Positions 42,616 to 49,906 of a stretch of 49,906 nt of DNA are shown one piece after another (position 1 is the stretch's first letter; each line of letters starts with the position of its first letter). Below the pieces are notes generated by a model. The model did no database searches. It was not told the origin of the DNA and saw nothing but the letters and a program-made list of their open reading frames with translations. Origin of the DNA: Chloroflexota bacterium. Lineage in GTDB: Bacteria > Chloroflexota > Dehalococcoidia > Lucifugimonadales > G022566795. The stretch spans positions 1 through 49,906 of the forward strand of contig JADFIF010000004.1 in assembly GCA_022566795.1 (NCBI GenBank), written 5' to 3'. Position numbers and translations under genes: made by a program.

Positions 42616-44670
42616 CTACAAGAACAGCGGAGCGAATACCAACGCGACGATGGACATGAGCTTGATGAGGATGTTGAGCGCCGGCCCGGAGGTGTCCTTG
42701 AAGGGGTCGCCGACGGTATCGCCGACGACGGCGGCGGCGTGCTGCGGTGAGCCCTTGCCGCCCAGGTTGCCGGCCTCGATGTACTTCTTGGCGTTGTCCC
42801 ACGCGCCGCCGGCGTTGGCCATCATGATCGCCAGCAGGAATCCGGTGGCGATGGCCCCGACCAGCAGGCCGCCCAGGGCCTCGGCGCCGAGGATGGCCCC
42901 AACGGCGATGGGTGCGGTGATCGCCAGCGCTCCGGGCAGGACCATCTCGCGCATCGCCCCGCGAGTGCTGATGTCGACCGCTCGCGCGTAATCGGCCGGC
43001 GCCGTGCCCTCCATCAGGCCCGCGATCTCGCGGAATTGGCGGCGTACCTCCGTCACCATCTCCATCGCCGCGCGTCCGACGGCCTGCATGGTCAGCGCGG
43101 CGAAGAGGAACGGCATGATGGCTCCGACTATCACGCCCATGAGGACGTTCGCGTCGAGCAGATTGAAGACCCGGATCCCGACCACCTCCGAGTAGGCGGC
43201 CATGAGCGCCAGCGCCGTCAGCACGGCCGAGCCAATGGCAAACCCCTTGCCGGTGGCGGCCGTAGTGTTGCCAAGAGCGTCGAGCGCATCTGTCCGCTCG
43301 CGGACCTCTGGGTCCAGGCCGGCCTGCTCCGCGATGCCCCCGGCGTTATCGGCTACGGGCCCGTAAGCGTCGGTGGCCAGCGTGATGCCCAGGGTGGACA
43401 GCATACCGACGGCGGCGAGGGCCACCCCGTACGTGCCCGCGAGCTCGTTGGCAAGCCATATGGCGACCACGATCACTACGCCGGGGATGACGGTGCTAAG
43501 CATCCCCAGGCCAAGGCCGCCGATGATGACCGTCGCGGGGCCGGTCTCGGCCTGCTCCGCGATCCCCCGTGTGAACCGGTACTCGTACGACGTAAAAACC
43601 TCGGAGGAGGTGCCGATGATCTGTCCGGCGACCAGACCCGCCAGTACGACCCAGAACAGGTTGAAGTCCATGTCGAGGGAGGCGATGGCGATGCCGGTGC
43701 CGATGAGGACCAGGCCTCCCGCCGTGAAGATTCCGGTGCGCAGCGCCCAGAGCAGCCGCCCCATGCCGGCGTCTTCGCCGGTGCGGACCACGAAGGTGCC
43801 GACTATCGCCGCGAAGATGCCGATCGCGGCGATCAGAATCGGAAGCAGGAACAGGTTCGCATCGAAGTCGCCCGTGGGGTCGGCTACGCCGAGGGCCGTG
43901 GCCCCAACGGCGGCGAGGGCCAGCGTGGCGATTATCGAGCCTACGTAGGACTCGAACAGGTCGGCCCCCATGCCGGCGACGTCGCCCACGTTATCGCCGA
44001 CGTTGTCGGCCACCGTCGCGGGGTTGCGAGGGTCGTCCTCGGGAATGCCCTGCTCGATCTTGCCCACCAGGTCCGCGCCGATGTCGGCGGCTTTGGTGTA
44101 GATTCCGCCCCCGACTCTGGCGAACAGCGCGATCGAAGACGCGCCGAACCCGAATCCCGCCACGATGCTGAAGTCCTTGAACACCCACCACAGCGCCGTT
44201 ACACCGAGGAGTCCTATGCCGACGACTGAGATACCCATCACCGCGCCGCTGTTGAAGGCGACGCGCAGCGCCGGGTTCAGGCCCTGCATCGCCTTCACGG
44301 TCGTCCGCGTGTTGGCCCGCACCGCGATGCTCATCCCAACGAACCCGGCCAGCGCCGACGCGAAGGCTCCGGCGATGTACGCGATGGCCGTCGACGGAAT
44401 ATTGCGGTCCGTGCCCGTCTTGTCCAGAACGTCGTAGTCGATGAAGACCGCCAGAACGATGAACATCCCCACAACGAATATCGCGAGCAGGCGGTACTCG
44501 CGGCTCAGGAAGGCCATGGCGCCCTCTTGAATGGCGCGGCCTATGGCCTGAATCTTCTCGTCTCCTGCATCCTCGCGGAGCACCCGCATCGTGAGCACCA
44601 GGGCAAAGGCCAGTGCCACGAGGCCCGCCGCAATCGCGAGGTAGAGAATCGTCAAAGCTCGCCTCCACAA
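42616..44670 (-). CDS. hppA: membrane-bound proton/sodium-translocating pyrophosphatase
   Basis: 684 aa and polytopic. Signature blocks are GGGIYTKAADIGADLVGK, DNVGDNVGDVAGMGADLFESY and GGAWDNAKKYIE...AAVVGDTVGDPFKDTSGP. Confidence 0.92.
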   Translation of the reverse strand: MWRRALTILYLAIAAGLVALAFALVLTMRVLREDAGDEKIQAIGRAIQEGAMAFLSREYRLLAIFVVGMFIVLAVFIDYDVLDKTGTDRNIPSTAIAYIAGAFASALAGFVGMSIAVRANTRTTVKAMQGLNPALRVAFNSGAVMGISVVGIGLLGVTALWWVFKDFSIVAGFGFGASSIALFARVGGGIYTKAADIGADLVGKIEQGIPEDDPRNPATVADNVGDNVGDVAGMGADLFESYVGSIIATLALAAVGATALGVADPTGDFDANLFLLPILIAAIGIFAAIVGTFVVRTGEDAGMGRLLWALRTGIFTAGGLVLIGTGIAIASLDMDFNLFWVVLAGLVAGQIIGTSSEVFTSYEYRFTRGIAEQAETGPATVIIGGLGLGMLSTVIPGVVIVVAIWLANELAGTYGVALAAVGMLSTLGITLATDAYGPVADNAGGIAEQAGLDPEVRERTDALDALGNTTAATGKGFAIGSAVLTALALMAAYSEVVGIRVFNLLDANVLMGVIVGAIMPFLFAALTMQAVGRAAMEMVTEVRRQFREIAGLMEGTAPADYARAVDISTRGAMREMVLPGALAITAPIAVGAILGAEALGGLLVGAIATGFLLAIMMANAGGAWDNAKKYIEAGNLGGKGSPQHAAAVVGDTVGDPFKDTSGPALNILIKLMSIVALVFAPLFL

Positions 44671-44846
44671 AAAAGCCTTCCCTTAGTTGGAAAGACCGGC
44701 AAAGTATCCGCTGGGAACCGATGACGAAAACCTACCATAGAGAGGTTGGCCAGTCAAGAATGGCGGGCTGCCCCGGCATGACTCTTAGGAACCATCTCAA
44801 CAAGCAAATGCTTTGTTCTCACCCAGCCGCAGGGGGGACACATCCC

Positions 44847-44925
44847 TTCGACGGGCTGAGGGCTGGCTGTCCAGACCCATTGCCAGAAGGGTAGCCCTCT
44901 GGATTCCCTGGGCGGGAGCTTGAAA
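44847..44925 (+). repeat. repeat family R, copy e
   Basis: TTCGACGGGCTGAGGGCTGGCTGTCCAGACCCATTGCCAGAAGGGTAGCCCTCTGGATTCCCTGGGCGGGAGC is collinear with 8154..8231. Confidence 0.75.
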
Positions 44926-44932
44926 TTGTTGG

Positions 44933-45655
44933 TTAGCTCGCGCCATCTCCCTGTGCAGGCGCGCTCGTGTCGCCGAGCGCCTGGTGAAACGCGGCGAGCC
45001 GCTGCTCGAGGCTGCGCTGCCGGAGCGCCACCGTCAGGTCGCCGCGCGTGCGCTCCAGGACTCCCCGCGCCATGTCGGTATTCCGTCGAAGGCCTCGCGT
45101 TACCGCCTCCGGGTAGTCCATCGTTACCAGGACCGAGTAGACCTCGTCCATCAGCTCCAGCAGCTCTTCGCACCGCGACACGTCGTCCCTTCGCAGCAGG
45201 TCGAGGACAAAGCGCCGGAGCTCGCCCACGGTCTCGGCCAATCCGTTCAGGTAGGGCGCCGGCCCCACTTTGAGCTCATCGGGCCCGGGGAGCCTCGTCC
45301 CCTTGGTAAAGGCAAGCGTCGCCGTCGCCTCCACGTACTCCTTCTGCGCGTCCTCGACGAAGCCCGCGTAGTACACCGACGACCTTGGCGTAAGCTCAGC
45401 TTCGATTTCCGCGACGAGGCCCGCGGCGGAATCCAGCAGCCGCCGCGCCTGATCGTACTCGCCCCGATGCGTCGCGCGGATAGAGTTGGCAGAGGTGCGA
45501 ACGACGTCCCTGGATAGACGCAGGGCCTTCTCTCGAGCGGCGTGCGTCTCGGCGAAGGCTGAATCCGCCGCGTCCGCAATCTGCCTGAGGTCGCGCTTGA
45601 GCTTTTCGGGTGTGGCCCTGTCTTCGGTCACCAATCGCCGCCTTGGCCTGGGCAT
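44933..45655 (-). CDS. translin-family protein (tentative)
   Basis: All-helical 240 aa. YLNGLAETVGELRRFVLDLLRR resembles the translin Y..G..D..GEL.R motif. The assignment is from memory of the family pattern. Confidence 0.5.
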   Translation of the reverse strand: MPRPRRRLVTEDRATPEKLKRDLRQIADAADSAFAETHAAREKALRLSRDVVRTSANSIRATHRGEYDQARRLLDSAAGLVAEIEAELTPRSSVYYAGFVEDAQKEYVEATATLAFTKGTRLPGPDELKVGPAPYLNGLAETVGELRRFVLDLLRRDDVSRCEELLELMDEVYSVLVTMDYPEAVTRGLRRNTDMARGVLERTRGDLTVALRQRSLEQRLAAFHQALGDTSAPAQGDGAS

Positions 45656-45940
45656 TTAGCGTTTGCGTTAGCTCATCCCACCTTCGCACTGCTGAACAAG
45701 GGGGAGAGTCAGAGAGGCGGTAAAGGCGCGGGCAATCGCCAACAGTAACGTCAGATGCCCATTGCCCATAACGACCCACGTTTGGCGATTATGCCTCACC
45801 GGTTCTGGCGTGGCTGTCTTACGCATCCATCGACAGCTTTGCGCCATGGCTAGCGAATCCAGTCAGGACACGTTCGCCCAGCTCCGGAGTTGCACCGCTC
45901 TCGTCGACTGACCGACTCTACCTGTTTACCGACGGTCGGT

Positions 45941-46522
45941 TCAGGACTTCTTCTCTACTACGTAGGGGTAGTTCATCCCTGATTTGTAGGGGCTATCCGG
46001 CGCCGCATCCAGGCGCATGGTGATATTGAACTTGTTGCCCCAGTTGAAGATCGAGGCGGCGAAGACCATCTCCACGATTTCCTCGTCGTTGAAATGCGTT
46101 CGGATTTCCGCGAAAAACTCGTCGTCTATTTCGTTAGGGTCAGCCGCCATCTTCTCTGCCAGCTTCACAGCCACGGCCTCACGCGGCGTAAGCCCGGACT
46201 CGTCAATGTGGCCGATGATGCACTCCTCTTTGGGCTCCACCTCGCCGCGAACCGCGGCGGTGCGAACGGTGCTTCAATAGGTGCAGCGGTTAATCTCACC
46301 GGTCTTGATGCGCATCATCTCCAGCAGGTACGGTTCAACAATGCCCTTGCCGAAGAATTCGACAAAAGCCGGTACGATGGCTTTCAAGAGCCCGGGCCGG
46401 CGGGCGATCACACCAAACATCGCTTCGTCCACCCACCAGCCTTCCTTGCCATCCTTGAGCAGTTGATTGATCTCCGGATCATCCGACTCGCCAATCCGGA
46501 CCGGGGTGATTCGCGTTGCCAT
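45941..46522 (-). CDS. carboxymuconolactone decarboxylase / AhpD-like family protein, predicted selenoprotein (in-frame UGA at 46276..46274)
   Basis: Track ORFs 46274..46576 and 45941..46240 share one frame. Joined, they read ...MRIKTGEINRCTY-U-STVRTAAVRGEVEPKEECIIGHIDESGLTPREAVAVKLAEKM...IFNWGNKFN, a collinear CMD-domain pattern with TGA at the second Cys of CxxC. ATG 46522 has a GAGGAGG SD. Confidence 0.75.
46238..46262 (-). promoter_or_regulatory. SECIS-like hairpin downstream of the in-frame UGA
   Basis: The RNA reads CACC-GCCGCG-GUU-CGCGGC-(GA)-GGUG. It starts 11 nt after the UGA, and the G/U-containing apical loop is about 24 nt from the UGA. Confidence 0.5.
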
Positions 46523-46774
46523 GTTTACCTCCTCAAGCACATACCAGATCCGCCCTGAATTGAACAATCCGCCCACTCTCTCCCCGGCCTCGGAGGAGAG
46601 TCGGCCGCAATTCGGTCATCGGTCGGTCATAGGCACACTCCTCTTCCGACCTCTAGAACCTCGGTGGAAAACACATTAGAACGACTGCCAACAAACCCTG
46701 CCACCGGCCATACTAGCAGTCGCACTTACCCGTATCAATCTGTATGGGCCCAAGTGGCTCTTCTCAGGGCCACT

Positions 46775-47794
46775 CTAAGCGGTCGAGGCGCTGAGCATCG
46801 CCTCGACCAGCGCCGACGTGGCAGCCTTGGGGTCGTCGGCAAAGGTTACGGCGCTGACGACGCAGACGCAGTCGGCTCCGGCCCGCACAACTTCGCCGAT
46901 ATTGGACCCGTTGATGCCCCCAATAGCCACCACCGGCTGCGGCGCCAGGTCCTTGATCTGGCCGATCAGGCCGATGCCTACCGGATTGCGTTGTCCTTTG
47001 CCCACCGTCGACGTCGGATAGATGGCCCCTACCGCCAGGTAGTCGGCGCCCTGCGCCTGCGAGTCCATCGCCTCCGCGACGGTGTTGTTGGAGCGGCCGA
47101 CGATCTGCGTCGGCGTAAGGACTCGGCGCGCCTCCGCCACGGGGAGATCGGTCTGGCCGACGTGCAGTCCATGCGCCTCTACGCACAGCGCCAGGTCCGC
47201 ATCGTCATTCACCACGAACAGGGCCCCCGCGCTCTCGCAGAGCGACCGGAGCTGACGGGCGAGCACAAGCACCTCACCCTTGTCCATGGTCTTGTCGCGA
47301 AGCTGCAGCACGGCGGCGCCGCCGCTGATGGCCGCTTCGGCGACCTCGAAAACGGGCCTGCCCTTGGTAGCCTCGGGATCGACTACCACGTAAAGGCCTT
47401 TGACTCGCGAAGCGGCCCCGGACCTGATGTCCGTGGCGACGCGTTGGGTCGCCCGAGCCAGCACGCGACGGGCCTGGGCCACCCAGCTCTCTTCGAAAGG
47501 AGAGCCGCCCGTGCCGGTCGACAGGGCCAGCGTGTCCAGCGACCTGCCTATCGACGAGACTACGCCGAGGGCCATCTCTCGGGGCTGGTCGGTCAACTCT
47601 ACGAACGCGGTGCGACGCTGCTGCAGCTCCTCGCGGGACAGGTCGGCCGACTCGGCCAGCGGCAGCGACTCACGAAGCATCTTGATGTCGGCATGCAGTC
47701 CCAGCGGGGCCGTGACAAAAAACTCCAGAAGGCGGATGCCCTCGACTACGGCGTGGACCTGGGAGGCGACGAAGGGAAGCATCGAGCCCGCCAT
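46775..47794 (-). CDS. thiE: thiamine-phosphate synthase with a ~125-aa N-terminal extension
   Basis: The C-terminal 210 aa read LYVVVDP....GGAAVLQLRDK....VNDD.DLA....A.GLHVGQ.DLP...AR......IVG.S.......A...GADYLAVG.IYPT.TK....P.G......I......PVVAIGGI. The N-terminal domain is unassigned. Confidence 0.85.
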   Translation of the reverse strand: MAGSMLPFVASQVHAVVEGIRLLEFFVTAPLGLHADIKMLRESLPLAESADLSREELQQRRTAFVELTDQPREMALGVVSSIGRSLDTLALSTGTGGSPFEESWVAQARRVLARATQRVATDIRSGAASRVKGLYVVVDPEATKGRPVFEVAEAAISGGAAVLQLRDKTMDKGEVLVLARQLRSLCESAGALFVVNDDADLALCVEAHGLHVGQTDLPVAEARRVLTPTQIVGRSNNTVAEAMDSQAQGADYLAVGAIYPTSTVGKGQRNPVGIGLIGQIKDLAPQPVVAIGGINGSNIGEVVRAGADCVCVVSAVTFADDPKAATSALVEAMLSASTA

Positions 47795-48120
47795 CAGAGG
47801 TCCAATCCCTTGGGCATCTTGCCTCGTCTGGCGTCGTCGATAGTCTTTCGGACGGACTCAGGCATGTCGACGCCGAACTTCTTGTAGCTGCGCTCGACGT
47901 TGCGTCCGATGCTGGAGGAGTCTCTGTAGTAGTCCGACTGCGCGCCGGTGCCGGAGGACATCTTGAACGAGACCGGGGAGATCACCCGCTCCATGTCACC
48001 GCTCTGGCACTCGGGGCACGATGGGCTCAGCTTCTGTCGCATCGAGCGTACGAAGAAGCTCGACTTGACGTTACACGACTGGCATCGGTACTCGTACGTC
48101 GGCAAGACCATTGGCCCCAT
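47794..48120 (-). CDS. FmdB-family zinc-ribbon protein (CxxC_CxxC_SSSS type)
   Basis: LPTYEYRCQSCNVKSSFFVRSMRQKLSPSCPECQSGDMERVIS. The true start may be ATG 48111 or TTG 48105 (giving MPTYEY). The stop overlaps the thiE ATG by 1 nt. Confidence 0.7.
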   Translation of the reverse strand: MGPMVLPTYEYRCQSCNVKSSFFVRSMRQKLSPSCPECQSGDMERVISPVSFKMSSGTGAQSDYYRDSSSIGRNVERSYKKFGVDMPESVRKTIDDARRGKMPKGLDL

Positions 48121-48164
48121 TCGGAACTCAGGTGAGATTGTACCACGGCCCTGGAGGCCTGCCC

Positions 48165-48533
48165 CTACGCCTCGACGGCGTTTTCGATGACGTCGAGACG
48201 CAGCACCTGGCCGTTGGGGCCGAGATTGAGCACCACGATGTCTATACGCCAGTCCCGGGTCGTGGCGCCATGCGCCTGCAGGTACGCCTGCGCGGCATCC
48301 ACCAGGTGCGACTGCTTTGCGGGCGTTATCGACTCCTCCGGCGGACCAAAGCTCCGGCCCTTACGCGTGCGCACCTCGACGAACACCAAGACGCCGTCCT
48401 TTTCGGCCACCAGGTCGATCTCCAGCCGGCCGACGCGGTAGTTGGAGTGGAGGACCGAGTAGCCGTCCGACTCCAGCCTACGCCGGGCGATATCCTCGCC
48501 CTTGCGTCCCAGCCGGCGGCGACTCGCGGTCAT
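48165..48533 (-). CDS. yraN: YraN-family (UPF0102) endonuclease-like protein
   Basis: MTASRRRLGRKGEDIARRRLESDGYSVLHSNYRVGRLEIDLVAEKDGVLVFVEVRTR... The ATG overlaps the rnhB stop (ATGA). The track ORF start at 48740 is too long. Confidence 0.8.
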   Translation of the reverse strand: MTASRRRLGRKGEDIARRRLESDGYSVLHSNYRVGRLEIDLVAEKDGVLVFVEVRTRKGRSFGPPEESITPAKQSHLVDAAQAYLQAHGATTRDWRIDIVVLNLGPNGQVLRLDVIENAVEA

Positions 48534-49366
48534 CGGCCGACAACCAAGCCCTTGACGGGTGCGAAGGAGCGTCGGTGTATTGGGCAGGGCCCCAGTCGTT
48601 CGAGGCTTCGCAGGTGCCGGGCGGTCGCGTACCCTTTGTTGTCCGCAAAGCCATACCCGGGGTATGTTAGGTCCTCTTCGCGCATCATGCGGTCGCGAGC
48701 GACCTTGGCCACTATCGAGGCCGCGGCGATCGAGAGGCATAGCGCGTCGCCCCTGACGATGGCCTTCTGGGGCAGGCCCAGCGACGGAACTGGGAAGGCG
48801 TCCAGCAGCAAGAACTGCGGCTGGAGGGACAGCGCGTGGACGGCTCTCTTCATGGCGAGGTTTGTCGCCGCCACGATCCCCAGGCTATCGATCTCCTCGC
48901 AAGAGCTCACGCCTATCTCGAGACCCAGAGCCACACGGCGAAGATGGGGCAGCACCCCTTCGCGCTCATCCCTCGTAAGCTGCTTGCTGTCGCGCACCAT
49001 CCTGACCCATCGGCCCTTTAGATTGGATGGAAGAATCGCCACACCGGCCACGACGGGCCCGGCGAGGGGGCCGCGGCCCACCTCGTCCAACCCTGCGACC
49101 AGCGAGTAGCCCCGCTGGAGGAGGTCAGCCTCCTCGTTGTACGAGGGCACGGACCTTCTTCGACGCCGCCTGCGCCTGGTCGCATCAGGGCCCCGGTCTG
49201 GGGCTTTGACGGTGGTCAATGCTCTAACCTCGTCCAGCGAGGGCGCTGGCCCAACCTGCCCAAATCGACGCTCTGGGTGGGCGTCGCCGACGAGAGAGCA
49301 GGCCGGTGGCACGTTAACATTGTCTTGGAGGGGGGTGATCGTTAAGCCCACTACTACCGCCTTCAC
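48530..49366 (-). CDS. rnhB: ribonuclease HII
   Basis: VAGLDEVGRGPLAGPVVA...DSKQLT...LLLDA...KGDA...IAAASIVAKV.RD....L...YPGYGF..NKGY.T..H. The true start may be internal (for example GTG 49150), because the first ~70 codons are low-complexity. Confidence 0.85.
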   Translation of the reverse strand: MKAVVVGLTITPLQDNVNVPPACSLVGDAHPERRFGQVGPAPSLDEVRALTTVKAPDRGPDATRRRRRRRRSVPSYNEEADLLQRGYSLVAGLDEVGRGPLAGPVVAGVAILPSNLKGRWVRMVRDSKQLTRDEREGVLPHLRRVALGLEIGVSSCEEIDSLGIVAATNLAMKRAVHALSLQPQFLLLDAFPVPSLGLPQKAIVRGDALCLSIAAASIVAKVARDRMMREEDLTYPGYGFADNKGYATARHLRSLERLGPCPIHRRSFAPVKGLVVGR

Positions 49367-49379
49367 ATCGAGACGGCGC

Positions 49380-49892
49380 CTAGGCGTTGATGCCCCGCTG
49401 CATGCCCCGAAGGTAGGCCACCTGACCCACGTGCTGGCTCTCCTCGACGAGGACGTGAGCGAGCATCTGCGCGATGGTGTAGTCTGCGCGGCGCTCCGGT
49501 AAGGGTATGCGCTCGAGGTCCTCGTGGCTCAGGCCGTCGAGGTAACTCAGCGTCTCTCGCCGCACCGCATCGTAGTAGCTCATCATCTGCTCGATGTCGA
49601 ACTGCGGGAGATTCGCCACCTGCTCAACGGTGAATCCGTAACCGCCATCCCGCTCTGGGAGCCCGAACTTCTGCTGCCATCCGTCGCGTATCCATACGTG
49701 GTCTTTACCTTGAGCGACGCCGTTGATCCAGCTGTCCTCGACCCGAGCCATATGCCAGACGACGAAGTCGATGTGGTGGGAGTGCGGCGTCGGCTGAAAG
49801 CGGCGCTCCTCTGCCGTCAGTCCATCTATGGCCTTCCGCAGCTCCTCCGTGTACTCGTTGAGGGCCGCGCGTACGATGTCCTTAAAGTCCAT
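49380..49892 (-). CDS. DinB-family (DinB_2) metal-binding protein
   Basis: This is a four-helix-bundle pattern with the conserved His triad context (HIDFVVWHMARVED ... MLAHVLVEESQHVGQVAYLRG). Confidence 0.8.
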   Translation of the reverse strand: MDFKDIVRAALNEYTEELRKAIDGLTAEERRFQPTPHSHHIDFVVWHMARVEDSWINGVAQGKDHVWIRDGWQQKFGLPERDGGYGFTVEQVANLPQFDIEQMMSYYDAVRRETLSYLDGLSHEDLERIPLPERRADYTIAQMLAHVLVEESQHVGQVAYLRGMQRGINA

Positions 49893-49906
49893 GGGATGCC
49901 GCCTTA

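Noticed and set aside
43036-44229. 397-aa + strand ORF (and 43373..43948, 43991..44668)
   Set aside because: These lie antisense to, or in alternate frames of, the H+-pyrophosphatase gene, whose frame carries all family signatures.
46664-47887. 407-aa + strand ORF
   Set aside because: It lies antisense to thiE. Likewise 48111..49109 is antisense to yraN/rnhB, and 22064..22855 and 22107..22835 are alternate frames of the dienelactone hydrolase locus.
1-49906. Genome-wide TGA reassignment (genetic code 4/25) as an explanation for the in-frame TGAs
   Set aside because: TGA terminates many well-delimited genes here (tkt, DUF805, fmdB, rnhB, the ORF ending at 1836, and others) at positions consistent with family lengths.
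1-49906. CRISPR arrays, rRNA genes, intact IS elements or transposases
   Set aside because: There are no regularly spaced direct repeats with unique spacers. The repeats found are dispersed, not arrayed. I saw no rRNA-like conserved blocks and no DDE or serine-recombinase ORFs. The only recombinase trace is the decayed integrase remnant.

Overview
High-GC bacterial chromosomal window. Gene content and repeat style suggest a Chloroflexota-like genome, but this is inference only. I support about 45 protein genes. Most are housekeeping or central and sugar-acid metabolism: prs (partial), a Memo-like protein, an orphan ftsZ, tkt, H+-pyrophosphatase, thiE, rnhB-yraN, an NDH-2 fusion, a uxuA/rhaM/lactonase/NHL/CocE cluster and a GT4-BON-debranching-enzyme operon. 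There is one tRNA-Leu(UAA). I found no rRNA, CRISPR array or intact transposase. Main points for follow-up, in order of interest: (1) An AhpD/CMD-family gene is interrupted by an in-frame TGA exactly where the second Cys of CxxC belongs, followed by a SECIS-like hairpin, so it is a predicted selenoprotein. (2) A lipoprotein gene has a second in-frame TGA with a similarly placed hairpin and a coding-like 52-codon in-frame extension. (3) A 60-nt copy of the 3' part of tRNA-Leu lies 3.6 kb from the intact gene. The pair brackets an islet carrying a decayed tyrosine-integrase remnant, a membrane-anchored SNase-like nuclease and other small genes. (4) An ~870-nt ORF-free spacer is packed with stable hairpins and could be a structured RNA. 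(5) At least three families of intergenic repeats occur; one pair flanks a dienelactone hydrolase gene in inverted orientation. (6) Domain architectures of note are NDH-2 fused to a cNMP-binding domain, a cohesin+PKD+dockerin protein, tandem DivIVA-like paralogs followed by a coupled zinc-ribbon ORF, and a Memo-like protein with a PqqD-like N-terminal domain. (7) Several genes carry single-nucleotide frame disruptions (ghrB-like, lipocalin-like, GH15 relic). These could be real decay or assembly indels and need read-level checking. All homology calls are from reading the translations by eye; no searches were run.
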